Shown piece after piece: positions 26,704-36,227 of a stretch of 64,000 nucleotides of DNA (position 1 is the stretch's first letter; each line of letters starts with the position of its first letter). The notes under the pieces are model-generated. The model saw only the letters and a program-made list of their open reading frames with translations. It ran no database searches and was not told the origin of the DNA. Both the position numbers and the translations under genes were made by a program. The stretch lies in contig CAKOWP010000002.1 of NCBI GenBank assembly GCA_934122385.1, forward strand, positions 610 through 64,609, written 5' to 3'. The DNA comes from an uncultured Clostridia bacterium (GTDB lineage Bacteria; Bacillota; Clostridia; TANB77; CAG-508).

Positions 26704-27645
26704 TTATTTTATATTAATTTTTTTATCAACAATATATTGTGGTCTTTGTTTACATTCATCATAGATTCTGCCAACATATTCAGCAATAATCCAAATAGAC
26801 ATCAATTGAATACCCGCAAAAAATGTTATAGCAACCATTATTGAAGTCCATCCAGCTGATAAATTAGGAGAATGACAAGCAAAAGAAACTAATGCATAGA
26901 TCAATAATATAACTGATATTACAATTGATATCATCCCTAAAGCCCCAACTAATTTTAAAGGTTTTGTTGAAAAACTAATTATACCATCTGAAGCTAATTT
27001 TAACATTTTCTTTAATGGATATTTTGTTTCTCCAGCAAATCTTTCTTTTCTTTCATATTCAAATGGAGCTTGTTTATATCCAACCCAGCTGAATAATCCT
27101 CTTAAAAATTTATTGTGTTCTGGTAAAGAATTTACAGTATCTACAACTTTTCTATCAACAAGTCTGAAATCTCCTGTATCTTTTGGAATTTCAACATCTG
27201 ATAATGCATTTAAAGTTTTGTAGAACATTTTTGCTGTAAATAATTTAAATGCACTCTCCCCTTCTCTTGATTTTCTTTTTCCGTAAATTACTTCATTTCC
27301 TTCTTCCCATAATTTTAACATATCTGGTATTAGTTCTGGTGGGTCTTGAAGGTCTGCATCCATTATTACTATTGCATCACCTGTTACATATTGAAGTCCT
27401 GCTGTTACTGCTGCTTGATGTCCAAAGTTTCTTGAAAATGATATTACTTTAACATCTGTATCTTTTTTTGCAATGTCTTCAAGAATTTCTAATGTTTTGT
27501 CTTTACTTCCATCATTTACAAAAATTATTTCATGATCATAATTTTCTAATTTTACTAAATTTTCTTTAACTCTTTTGTAGCATTCTTCTGCAACTTTTTC
27601 TTCGTAGTACATTGGTATTACTAGTGTTACTTTTTTCTTTTCCAT
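26704..27645 (-). CDS. GT2 polyprenyl-phosphate glycosyltransferase (GtrB/CsbB/GacI-like)
   Basis: VIPMYYEE, NDGSKD, FSRNFGHQ and DADLQDPPE motifs, plus two C-terminal TM helices. Confidence 0.88.
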   Translation of the reverse strand: MEKKKVTLVIPMYYEEKVAEECYKRVKENLVKLENYDHEIIFVNDGSKDKTLEILEDIAKKDTDVKVISFSRNFGHQAAVTAGLQYVTGDAIVIMDADLQDPPELIPDMLKLWEEGNEVIYGKRKSREGESAFKLFTAKMFYKTLNALSDVEIPKDTGDFRLVDRKVVDTVNSLPEHNKFLRGLFSWVGYKQAPFEYERKERFAGETKYPLKKMLKLASDGIISFSTKPLKLVGALGMISIVISVILLIYALVSFACHSPNLSAGWTSIMVAITFFAGIQLMSIWIIAEYVGRIYDECKQRPQYIVDKKINIK

Positions 27646-27709
27646 ATATATCTTCTCCTTTTTTTATATAATAGAAAATTATAAATTTTCTATATACAAT
27701 GATTTTAAT

Positions 27710-29347
27710 TTATTTGTGCTTAAAAGTCAATATTATTTTTCTTAAACTATTTGTCAAACCATATGTTCCTACCAATATAAATATTGGAATATGATTAATC
27801 AAATACCTTGATCTACCTTCAAATAATAATATAAATAAAATTATTCCAATTATTGTTATTTTACACATGTCTATATTCTTTTTGTTTTCTTTTCTATTAT
27901 TTGAAAATATTAACCCTATTGTTACCAAAATCCATGATATTTGCATTATATTTGCAGTAATATTTTTATATATTTTTGTAGTTGGATCAACGAATTTTTG
28001 AACTTTTTTTGCTATATTACTTTTATTATAAAAAATTTCTGAATTCCAGTATCCCTCTTGTCCATAAAAAAATGTTCCATCTGATAATATCCAATTTGCC
28101 TTATTATATAGAAATTTGGAATATCCCAATACCCCGAAATCTTTTAATCTTTCTTTTATTATTTTTATATTATGTTCTTTTTTTGCTTTACTCCCAGTAA
28201 TAGCTACAGTCCCACTTACATCATTTTCATTGTATGCCCCATATAACGTTTGATTTTTTCCCTCTGTTTTAAAATCATTTGGTCTTTCTTGCATTCCCAT
28301 CATTAAAAAATGTACAAATGATACTGAATTATTTTCATACTCTTCCTTAGAAATAATGTTGCCTAAATTTTTTTCTTTGATTTTTGAATATCCAGAAAAA
28401 TATCCTCCAAATCCAATTACAAATATAGCAATTATTATTAATATGTATTTAGATTTTTTTATAAACTCTTGTCTAGTAAATTTTATATTATTAATATTTA
28501 AAATTTCTACTATTATAATTGCTATTGGCATAATAGCTACTGTTGGTTTTAATGTTATTCCAAATGCAGTTATTATACTATTCAAAAATATCAATAAATA
28601 TTTTTTTACATCTTTACACGATTTTTCTTTTTGCTTTATATATAAATATAATATCATTATAGGAAATACCATTGTTATAGTATCTGTATATGGTATTAAT
28701 ATATTAGGTGAAAATATCATTAATGGTAATATAAAAATTAATGATAAATATGCTTGTTTTTTTCCTAAAATTTTTTTTGCACATAAAAATGTAAAAACTG
28801 CTGATATATCAACAACAACAATATTGAAAATTGTTGCTATAAAGAAAACTCTTGATGCTGTTAAATTATGTATAAATATTTTAAAAAATTCAAATAAATA
28901 TTTCATTAAAAGTAATATACCAATGTTATTAGGATATCTAGAAAAATATATACTAAACAAATCATCCCCGTTTATTAATGCAAGAGCATTATTTATTACT
29001 AGACTACAATCCCATCCACATGAGGTATATGAAAATTTTGCCAATAAAAATTGCAATAAAAAAATTACTAAAAATATGAAAAGTCCAAAAATCCATTTTG
29101 GACTTTTCTCTAAAAAACTGCAATTTTTCTTTTTATACTCATAATATATAATTAGCAGTATTAAATAAGCTAAAGCCGTCACTATTATCATTACAGGTAT
29201 ACTATAATTAAAAGCTATAGTTCTATTAAAAAATAAAGTATTTAATAGAACTATACTAAAAAATATCGAAAATATTATCGAAATTATTTTAATCACTATT
29301 CTCTCTAAATTTTTCATTTTTAATATTTTCCCCTTTATAAAGTACAA
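27710..29347 (-). CDS. GT-C fold glycosyltransferase (GT39/ArnT/GtrC-like)
   Basis: More than 12 TM segments and a large C-terminal extracytoplasmic domain. Sits between GtrA and GtrB homologues. Confidence 0.6.
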   Translation of the reverse strand: MYFIKGKILKMKNLERIVIKIISIIFSIFFSIVLLNTLFFNRTIAFNYSIPVMIIVTALAYLILLIIYYEYKKKNCSFLEKSPKWIFGLFIFLVIFLLQFLLAKFSYTSCGWDCSLVINNALALINGDDLFSIYFSRYPNNIGILLLMKYLFEFFKIFIHNLTASRVFFIATIFNIVVVDISAVFTFLCAKKILGKKQAYLSLIFILPLMIFSPNILIPYTDTITMVFPIMILYLYIKQKEKSCKDVKKYLLIFLNSIITAFGITLKPTVAIMPIAIIIVEILNINNIKFTRQEFIKKSKYILIIIAIFVIGFGGYFSGYSKIKEKNLGNIISKEEYENNSVSFVHFLMMGMQERPNDFKTEGKNQTLYGAYNENDVSGTVAITGSKAKKEHNIKIIKERLKDFGVLGYSKFLYNKANWILSDGTFFYGQEGYWNSEIFYNKSNIAKKVQKFVDPTTKIYKNITANIMQISWILVTIGLIFSNNRKENKKNIDMCKITIIGIILFILLFEGRSRYLINHIPIFILVGTYGLTNSLRKIILTFKHK

Positions 29348-29794
29348 TTATTTTTCTTTTATTGTTTCATTTTTACTCTCTTTTTTAAAAACAAATAATT
29401 TGCTAAAAATATAATTAGATACAATAATAACTATTTGTGATATTATCTTTACTATTTTATCATTGCAATGTAATACAGTTACGCCTAGCCACATTATTAT
29501 CATATCCATTATAAGTGTTGTTACTCTTGCTAAAACAAATTTACTAGCTTCTTTTATTTTGTTTTTTTCATTACTTTCAAAAACATATTTTCTATTGGTA
29601 AAATACGCAAATGTAACACCTGCCACCCATGATAAAATATTTGCAATTTGTAACTGTATTGCGTTATCTGGATTTAAAAATGTATATACAGATGCATAGT
29701 ATACTATTAAAGACACAATTGTTGTTAATACTCCAAATATTAAATAATTTATTACTTCTTTATATTTTTTATATAACTCTGTTATTTTTTCCAT
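29348..29794 (-). CDS. GtrA-family membrane protein
   Basis: 4 TM segments, YLIFGVLTTIVSL...FTNRKYVF pattern typical of GtrA. Confidence 0.85.
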   Translation of the reverse strand: MEKITELYKKYKEVINYLIFGVLTTIVSLIVYYASVYTFLNPDNAIQLQIANILSWVAGVTFAYFTNRKYVFESNEKNKIKEASKFVLARVTTLIMDMIIMWLGVTVLHCNDKIVKIISQIVIIVSNYIFSKLFVFKKESKNETIKEK

Positions 29795-29853
29795 TTACTT
29801 TTCCTCTTCTAAATTTTTATAATACATCATTATGCTATAATCATAGTTATCCA

Positions 29854-32046
29854 TTATAACATATATTTTTTGTAGCATATATTTCTATCAACATTTCCTA
29901 ATATACCACTTGTCTGTCCAGAACTTGTATATTGCCAAATAGAATATTTTCCATTATACCCAGGATCATTAGCTCTATAACTTGCAATCCAAGTATCATA
30001 CGCTGACAAATCTGACATATTTAGATAATTATATGCCCAATCAACGTTACAGTATATTATTGGAACGTATCCAGCATTTTGTATTACTTCACAAAATAGT
30101 CTTGCTAGATATGTACGTGTGTTTTTGTCTAAATTTTGTGTTCTTGGTATATCTGATGGACTTTCTAATTTGGGTGCTTCTATATCAATTGCTATAGGAT
30201 AATCAATTTTATATTTTTTAACTCTTTCAACCACCCAATTAGCTTCTTGAATTGCTTCTTCACCATTTGTAGCTTGTGTTACAAAATAAACTCCAACAGG
30301 TAGCCCAGCTTGTGTTGCTCCTTGCATATTTAATCTAAACTGAGTATCTTCATTAAGTGTTCCTCTTGAACCATAACCTCTAAATCCAGCTCTTATAAAA
30401 GCAAAGTCTACTCCATCTCTTTTTACAAGTCCCCAGTTAATACTTCCATTAAACTGGCTTACATCTATTCCTTTATATGATCTTTTTTCTTTTTTTGGTA
30501 CTAACCTTATTTCTATTGCCTCAATTCTTCTTCTTTGTCCAACTGTCCCTGCTGTTTCTCCATCTCTATACCAATCTGTCCATCCTTTATCTTGTATATG
30601 TACTTTATATTCCACTGTATATTTATCCATATTTTCAAGCATTATTTCTATAGCTTCTATTCTATAGGCCATTCCAGATGTTCCAGCCATGTTTCCATTT
30701 TGTTGCCAGCCTTGCCAGCCTATATTTTCTACATGAGTTCTGTACACAATTTTAGCGTTTTGTGGTGCATTTAATAGGTTGATATTTAAAGCCTCTACTC
30801 TATACCCTAATCCTGTTGTACCTGACATATTTCCATCTTTTACATACCCCTGCCATCCAATTTCTTGTACATGAGATCTATATTGAACATGTAAACTATT
30901 GTCTATATTAAATGTAACGGAGTCTTTTACAAGTACAGTGTTGTCACTAGTATAAACTTCTATATATATTTTATGTTTTCCTTCAGACATTTCAGATGGG
31001 TCAATAGAAAATTCAAATCCCGGATTAGGATTTTCTATTTCTGTTCCAAATCCTTCTACCGATTTTATAACATCTTTTCTTTCTTTATATGTTATAAGTT
31101 TGTCTTCAACAACTTGATAATTATTGTCTATATAAGCTCTAATTTTAGTATTAGAAACATTTGACATTTTCCATCCACTTATCTTTATAGTATTTAAGTT
31201 ATAATATGTATAATTATTAGTTGGTGTATCTATATACATTTTACCTTTTTTTACTTTAGGAACTATTTTTATTTGTATTGCTTCCAAACGTAAACATTTG
31301 CCTTGTGTACCAGCTATTTCTCCATCTGTCTTCCAGTCTTGCCATCCAATGTCTTGCACATGTACTCTATACATAATAGAATAATTTTCTGAATGCTCCA
31401 GTTTTATTTTTATTGCTTCAAGCCTTAAGGCATTTCCTTGTGTTCCTGCCATTTCATCATCTTTCTTCCAATTTTGCCATCCAATATCTTGTACATGTAC
31501 TTGATAATCTATTTTTAAATTATTATCATTATTACCAATAAGTCTTATATTAAGTGCTTCAAGCCTATAGCACTTTCCTTGTGTTCCTGCAACTTCTCCA
31601 TTTTTAACATAATCTTGCCAACCTATATTTTCTACATGTGTTCTATATTCGACTCCAAGCGTTTCAATTTTATTTGAATCTTCTGAACTATTCTCTAATA
31701 CTTGAATATTATCCTCAAATGTATTATTTCCTAAATCAGAATTATTTAGTGTGGCATTATTTTCTATAATATTATTAACAGACTCTGTATTTTCATTATT
31801 ACTTTCATTTATTACACTATTTTCTGTTTTATTTGTAGTATTATTTATTATTTCATTTAAATTTGTGTTGTTTTCACTATTTTCTAATTGATTTTCTTCT
31901 TTAGTTAATTCATTATTTGTTATATCTTTTGCATTATCATTACCCAAATTCAATGCTTTTACATTATGCCCTATATTTAATAAAGTATTTAATATAATTA
32001 CTAAAATTGTAATAATTGCTAAAAATCTACTTTTTTTCATAACCAT
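29854..32046 (-). CDS. Secreted GH25 muramidase with 3+3 ChW repeats
   Basis: Signal peptide, six ChW units (Y.THV.NIGWQ...AGT.G...R.EA..I.L), an Ig-like spacer, and a C-terminal GH25 domain (KGIDVSQFNG.INW...DFAFIRAG). Confidence 0.88.
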   Translation of the reverse strand: MVMKKSRFLAIITILVIILNTLLNIGHNVKALNLGNDNAKDITNNELTKEENQLENSENNTNLNEIINNTTNKTENSVINESNNENTESVNNIIENNATLNNSDLGNNTFEDNIQVLENSSEDSNKIETLGVEYRTHVENIGWQDYVKNGEVAGTQGKCYRLEALNIRLIGNNDNNLKIDYQVHVQDIGWQNWKKDDEMAGTQGNALRLEAIKIKLEHSENYSIMYRVHVQDIGWQDWKTDGEIAGTQGKCLRLEAIQIKIVPKVKKGKMYIDTPTNNYTYYNLNTIKISGWKMSNVSNTKIRAYIDNNYQVVEDKLITYKERKDVIKSVEGFGTEIENPNPGFEFSIDPSEMSEGKHKIYIEVYTSDNTVLVKDSVTFNIDNSLHVQYRSHVQEIGWQGYVKDGNMSGTTGLGYRVEALNINLLNAPQNAKIVYRTHVENIGWQGWQQNGNMAGTSGMAYRIEAIEIMLENMDKYTVEYKVHIQDKGWTDWYRDGETAGTVGQRRRIEAIEIRLVPKKEKRSYKGIDVSQFNGSINWGLVKRDGVDFAFIRAGFRGYGSRGTLNEDTQFRLNMQGATQAGLPVGVYFVTQATNGEEAIQEANWVVERVKKYKIDYPIAIDIEAPKLESPSDIPRTQNLDKNTRTYLARLFCEVIQNAGYVPIIYCNVDWAYNYLNMSDLSAYDTWIASYRANDPGYNGKYSIWQYTSSGQTSGILGNVDRNICYKKYML

Positions 32047-32133
32047 TATACCCTTTTCTATAAAATATAATTTTATTATATATTTTTATTATATATTTTT
32101 AAAATCATAAAATCAATGTTTTTATTTGGAAAT

Positions 32134-32490
32134 TTAAGCTGTTTGTTTCCAATTCATAACAACAATTCCAACTATTACAAGACTTGCACCTATAATTCCA
32201 GCTGTTGTTATATTTTCTTTGAATATAAATTTAGATGCTACTAAAGTTAATACTTGTACAATTCCTGTACATATTGGCATTATATAGCTTAAATCAAACA
32301 TAACAACTATTCTTGTGAACAATAAAAAACTACATAAATAGCAAACTAATCCCGCCAAACTTATTAAACTTATCCCAAAGTTTGCAGTACCTTCAGATAC
32401 TGACAAACTTCCTGGATTTCCACCTTTTTTCATAAGTATTAATCCTGAAAGAGTTAATACTAAATATATTAATACTAATACAATTTTCAT
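32134..32490 (-). CDS. Small 4-TM DMT/EamA-half-like membrane protein
   Basis: About 118 aa with four helices. Resembles ArnE/F or SMR-like small transporters. Start set at MKIVLV. Confidence 0.45.
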   Translation of the reverse strand: MKIVLVLIYLVLTLSGLILMKKGGNPGSLSVSEGTANFGISLISLAGLVCYLCSFLLFTRIVVMFDLSYIMPICTGIVQVLTLVASKFIFKENITTAGIIGASLVIVGIVVMNWKQTA

Positions 32491-32537
32491 AACATTTTTT
32501 CTCCCTTTAATCATTAGAATTTCTCCTCGTTTTTATA

Positions 32538-34307
32538 TTAAATTTTATTATCTTCATCTTTTTTTGCTCTATTTATAATTAGACAATACATTATGCTTAA
32601 TGGCATATACATTGGTATAATATATCTAAATTCAGTATTAGATGGTCCCATCAAAACAATTATATAATTAAATATTGATGGCAATAATGGAACTAGTAAA
32701 TAGTATTTTCTTTTATATATAATATAGAAAATTAAGAACATTAGTATCCATAAAGTAAGGCCAGCACTAAATAACATTCCAACTATTGGTAGTTGTCTAT
32801 TATCTGTAAGTTTATCTAATTTATCTAATAAAGAATTATTTATTAATTGTTTAGTTTCTATTCCAAAATCATTAACAATTACTCCTTTATCAAATAGTGT
32901 TTTATGTTTTTCTGGTAACCAATATCCAGATGTATTGCACAATATTGACTCAATATAATAATTTGGATAATGTGCAAATAATTTTATGTTTAAAAGTATA
33001 TATTGAATTTTATGTTCCTGCATATATTCCCTTCTAAAGTGTCCCATTTCTGGATCGGCTAAATTAGGATTATACGATCCTGGTAATTCATCATATTCTA
33101 CAAATAAATCTATTTCTTCTCTTTCTTTTTCTGTTAAATTGTTACCATTATATTTGACTAGTCTTGACATTGCTTGCATTGGAACGCATAATAGTCCAAA
33201 TGATGAACTTTCTAATACATTAAATGCTGCAAATGCTATAGTATTTATTAAATATACACTCAATAAAGTTGATGCAATAAATGCTGTCAATTTTAAATAA
33301 TTTTTTCTTAATGTTATGTATAAAAATGGTATCAATAATACATATATGTACATTCCATTGTGTCTAACTAATGCAGTTAGTAAAACAAATATAAATGATA
33401 AAATTATATAAAATTTTGATTTTACAAAATTATCTTTGTTTGTTACAAATTCAAATAATAATATAAAATCCATTACAAATATACTTGCAAATAATGAGTC
33501 TTTATCTATACTAATTGCATAAAAAGAAAATACTGGGTTAATAGCAAAAAAAGCTAAAACTAATAAACGTATTTTATAATTAATTCCTTTTTTGGCTAAA
33601 TAATAAATACTATATGAAATTATTAATGCTGTAAACATCATTTTCAAAATTGTGCAAATAGCCATAGAAATATTCAAATTATTAAATATTGGCATTGTAA
33701 TATCAATTATAAGTTTTAACGTTAATGTTGTGCATATAGGACTTCCATTCCACATTGGACTTGTTCCAAGTGCTTCTTTTAATTGTTCCAAAGTATCAAA
33801 TCCTATAATTCCAGGAAAATATTTCAAAAAATATGGTAGCCATGAAATCATTAAAACTAGGAAAACAACCAATATTGATTTTTTATTATTTGTAAATAAT
33901 TTATATTTTTTTAGTTCTTCAGTATTTTCAATTTTGTCAAAATAAGACATTAATATTTTTACTACAGAATATATTATTATTAAATAATACATTAATTTTA
34001 TGCTACTTTGTAAAAAAGCAACATTACTGTATAATATTCCTTCAAGATTGCCATAATTTACTATTGAATTTCCTACAACCTCAAAAATTGAAAAAATAAA
34101 TCCTATAATTAAAGAAATTATATTTAGTCTTTTGTCTTTGTTTTCCAAAGCTTTACTAATAAAAAATATAAAAACTATAAATATTATAAGAACTGAAATT
34201 TCATTTCCACTAAACGACTGTAATAAGTCTAAATTTTTATCTAATCTAATATTCATTCCAACTGTAGCTATAGCTGCAAGAATAACTGCTAAAATATTTC
34301 TTATCAT
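32538..34307 (-). CDS. Polytopic membrane protein (DUF6020-like), candidate GT-C glycosyltransferase
   Basis: More than 12 TM segments. YFPGIIGFDTLEQL loop motif typical of this family. Confidence 0.5.
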   Translation of the reverse strand: MIRNILAVILAAIATVGMNIRLDKNLDLLQSFSGNEISVLIIFIVFIFFISKALENKDKRLNIISLIIGFIFSIFEVVGNSIVNYGNLEGILYSNVAFLQSSIKLMYYLIIIYSVVKILMSYFDKIENTEELKKYKLFTNNKKSILVVFLVLMISWLPYFLKYFPGIIGFDTLEQLKEALGTSPMWNGSPICTTLTLKLIIDITMPIFNNLNISMAICTILKMMFTALIISYSIYYLAKKGINYKIRLLVLAFFAINPVFSFYAISIDKDSLFASIFVMDFILLFEFVTNKDNFVKSKFYIILSFIFVLLTALVRHNGMYIYVLLIPFLYITLRKNYLKLTAFIASTLLSVYLINTIAFAAFNVLESSSFGLLCVPMQAMSRLVKYNGNNLTEKEREEIDLFVEYDELPGSYNPNLADPEMGHFRREYMQEHKIQYILLNIKLFAHYPNYYIESILCNTSGYWLPEKHKTLFDKGVIVNDFGIETKQLINNSLLDKLDKLTDNRQLPIVGMLFSAGLTLWILMFLIFYIIYKRKYYLLVPLLPSIFNYIIVLMGPSNTEFRYIIPMYMPLSIMYCLIINRAKKDEDNKI

Positions 34308-34318
34308 GCGTATCCTCC

Positions 34319-35110
34319 CTATTTCACTTCATTTGTATCTATAGCTTTACTATAAAATTTCATTAAAAGCTTAGCGATTGGCTTTGGCCAAAATTTTGAA
34401 AACATAATTAAGTCCTCTTCTAATCTGGTGTTATTTTCAATTAAATTGGATGTTTCTGAACCTTCGTGTATTCTATGGTCCATTAGTTCTTTTGAAATGT
34501 ACAAAAAGTTTCCTTTAAATTTTGTCATTTGATACCAAGTGTCCCAGTCTAAATCGCATTTCAAATCTGTTTTATATGGTTCTTTTCCCACTATTTTTGT
34601 ATTTACTGTAACACTTGGACAGCAAATGCTACATCCAAAAGACAATACTCTTCGCTTAATAAATATTGACTTTGGAAAAATTTTCAAAGGACTTAATAAT
34701 ATTTTTTTTAATTTTAAATTTTTTGTTAAATTTATTTCTTTATTATTTTTTATTTCTCTGTAATCAGAAAATGCAATAACAAAATCTTTTCCTTTGTTTA
34801 AATATTTTACTATTTCTTCTAGATAATTTTCATTATATATATCATCTTGATGAGCAACTGTTACATAGTCAGTTTTTGTATTACTAATTCCAAAATTCCA
34901 GTCTTGACCAATTCCAGATTTACCAGTATTTACAAATAATTTTAAATTATATTTTTTGGCCAAGTTTTCTATGTATTCATTAGGCGTTGAGGTTGACATT
35001 ATAATATTACTTTTTACCGTTTGATTTAATACAGATTTTATACAATCCTCTAAGTATGGTGATTCTTTATATGCACAAATGACAAATGTATGATTTTGAA
35101 ATTTTTCCAT
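34319..35110 (-). CDS. GT2 glycosyltransferase
   Basis: FVICAYKESPYLEDCIKSVLNQT and AHQDD motifs. Confidence 0.8.
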   Translation of the reverse strand: MEKFQNHTFVICAYKESPYLEDCIKSVLNQTVKSNIIMSTSTPNEYIENLAKKYNLKLFVNTGKSGIGQDWNFGISNTKTDYVTVAHQDDIYNENYLEEIVKYLNKGKDFVIAFSDYREIKNNKEINLTKNLKLKKILLSPLKIFPKSIFIKRRVLSFGCSICCPSVTVNTKIVGKEPYKTDLKCDLDWDTWYQMTKFKGNFLYISKELMDHRIHEGSETSNLIENNTRLEEDLIMFSKFWPKPIAKLLMKFYSKAIDTNEVK

Positions 35111-35485
35111 TTATTTTTCCTCCTCAATATCCTTATCTTTTTTTTCTAATTTTTCAACTCTTTTTTTCAATAACGATATTTCTTGAATTAGTAATACATT
35201 GTTTTGATATTCTTTTGATAATTTCATTGTTAAATTAAATATTAAATAAAAAGCTGTAAATATTGTTATACAAAATAGCATATTTGATGGAACTTCAAAT
35301 CCTAACAATTTAGTTAAATCTTCTATAAAATTTGGTATTATAATTGATAAAATTAGTAAAGCTCCACTAATTATCCAAAAGATAGCAAAAGATAATTGCA
35401 TCTTTTTCTCTCTTATTTTTTTTAACATTAATCCAACATATATTAAAGTCATAATAATTAATGCGATTTTTAAATTTATTGCCAT
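35111..35485 (-). CDS. DUF2304-like small membrane protein
   Basis: Three TM segments plus a C-terminal coiled coil. Lies between a GT2 gene and a DUF2142-like gene, the canonical context. Confidence 0.6.
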   Translation of the reverse strand: MAINLKIALIIMTLIYVGLMLKKIREKKMQLSFAIFWIISGALLILSIIIPNFIEDLTKLLGFEVPSNMLFCITIFTAFYLIFNLTMKLSKEYQNNVLLIQEISLLKKRVEKLEKKDKDIEEEK

Positions 35486-36213
35486 TATCTTCTTTCCCCT
35501 TTCTTTCTAAAGTGCATACTGTCTATTATTACAGCTAAAGAGACTTTAACCATATAATCAATACTTTTCCAAACATTTATTGATGATTTACCACCAGTTC
35601 TTTCATTCATACTTACAGGTACTTCTACAACCTTAAAATTATCCACTAAAACTTCTACTGTAGATTCAGGTTCTGGGTAATCTGTAGGATAATCATTTGC
35701 AAATATTTTTATAACATTTTTGTCTATTGCTCTAAATCCTGATGTTGGATCTGTTATTTTCTTATGACAGAATAGTTTTATAAAAAATGATATAATATTT
35801 TTTCCTAATCTTCTCATAAAAGTAGATTGGAACTCACTAGAGTTTTTATCTAAATATCTTGTTCCAATACACATATTAGCTTGTCCATCAATTATTGGCT
35901 TTGTAATATTAGGTACACAATTAATATCATGTTGTCCATCTCCATCAAATTGAATTGCTATATCATAATTGTTTTCATATGCATATTTATAACCTGTTTG
36001 AACAGCACCACCAATTCCTAAATTGTGTACTAAATTGACATGGTTAAAATTATTTTCTTGTAAAATTTTAAGTGTATTATCTTTTGAACCATCATTAATT
36101 ACAACATAATCTACTTTTGTTTCGTTTTTCTTGTTATATTCTTCTATATTTAAGCATACATTTTTAATATTTTCTTGTTCATTATATGCTGGTATTATTA
36201 ATAAAATTTTCAT
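35485..36213 (-). CDS. GT2 polyprenyl-phosphate sugar synthase-like glycosyltransferase
   Basis: LLIIPAYNEQENI, NDGSKDNT and QFDGDGQHD motifs. Confidence 0.85.
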   Translation of the reverse strand: MKILLIIPAYNEQENIKNVCLNIEEYNKKNETKVDYVVINDGSKDNTLKILQENNFNHVNLVHNLGIGGAVQTGYKYAYENNYDIAIQFDGDGQHDINCVPNITKPIIDGQANMCIGTRYLDKNSSEFQSTFMRRLGKNIISFFIKLFCHKKITDPTSGFRAIDKNVIKIFANDYPTDYPEPESTVEVLVDNFKVVEVPVSMNERTGGKSSINVWKSIDYMVKVSLAVIIDSMHFRKKGERR

Positions 36214-36227
36214 TTACTTCTCCTCAT

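Noticed and set aside
28356-29144. Long plus-strand ORFs (for example 1157-1711, 10193-10702, 15952-16479, 28356-29144, 36811-37329, 40857-41348, 45021-45443, 63282-63716).
   Set aside because: They lie antisense to convincing minus-strand genes. They are F/L/S/I-rich low-complexity translations typical of shadow ORFs in AT-rich DNA, and they lack an RBS or any motif.
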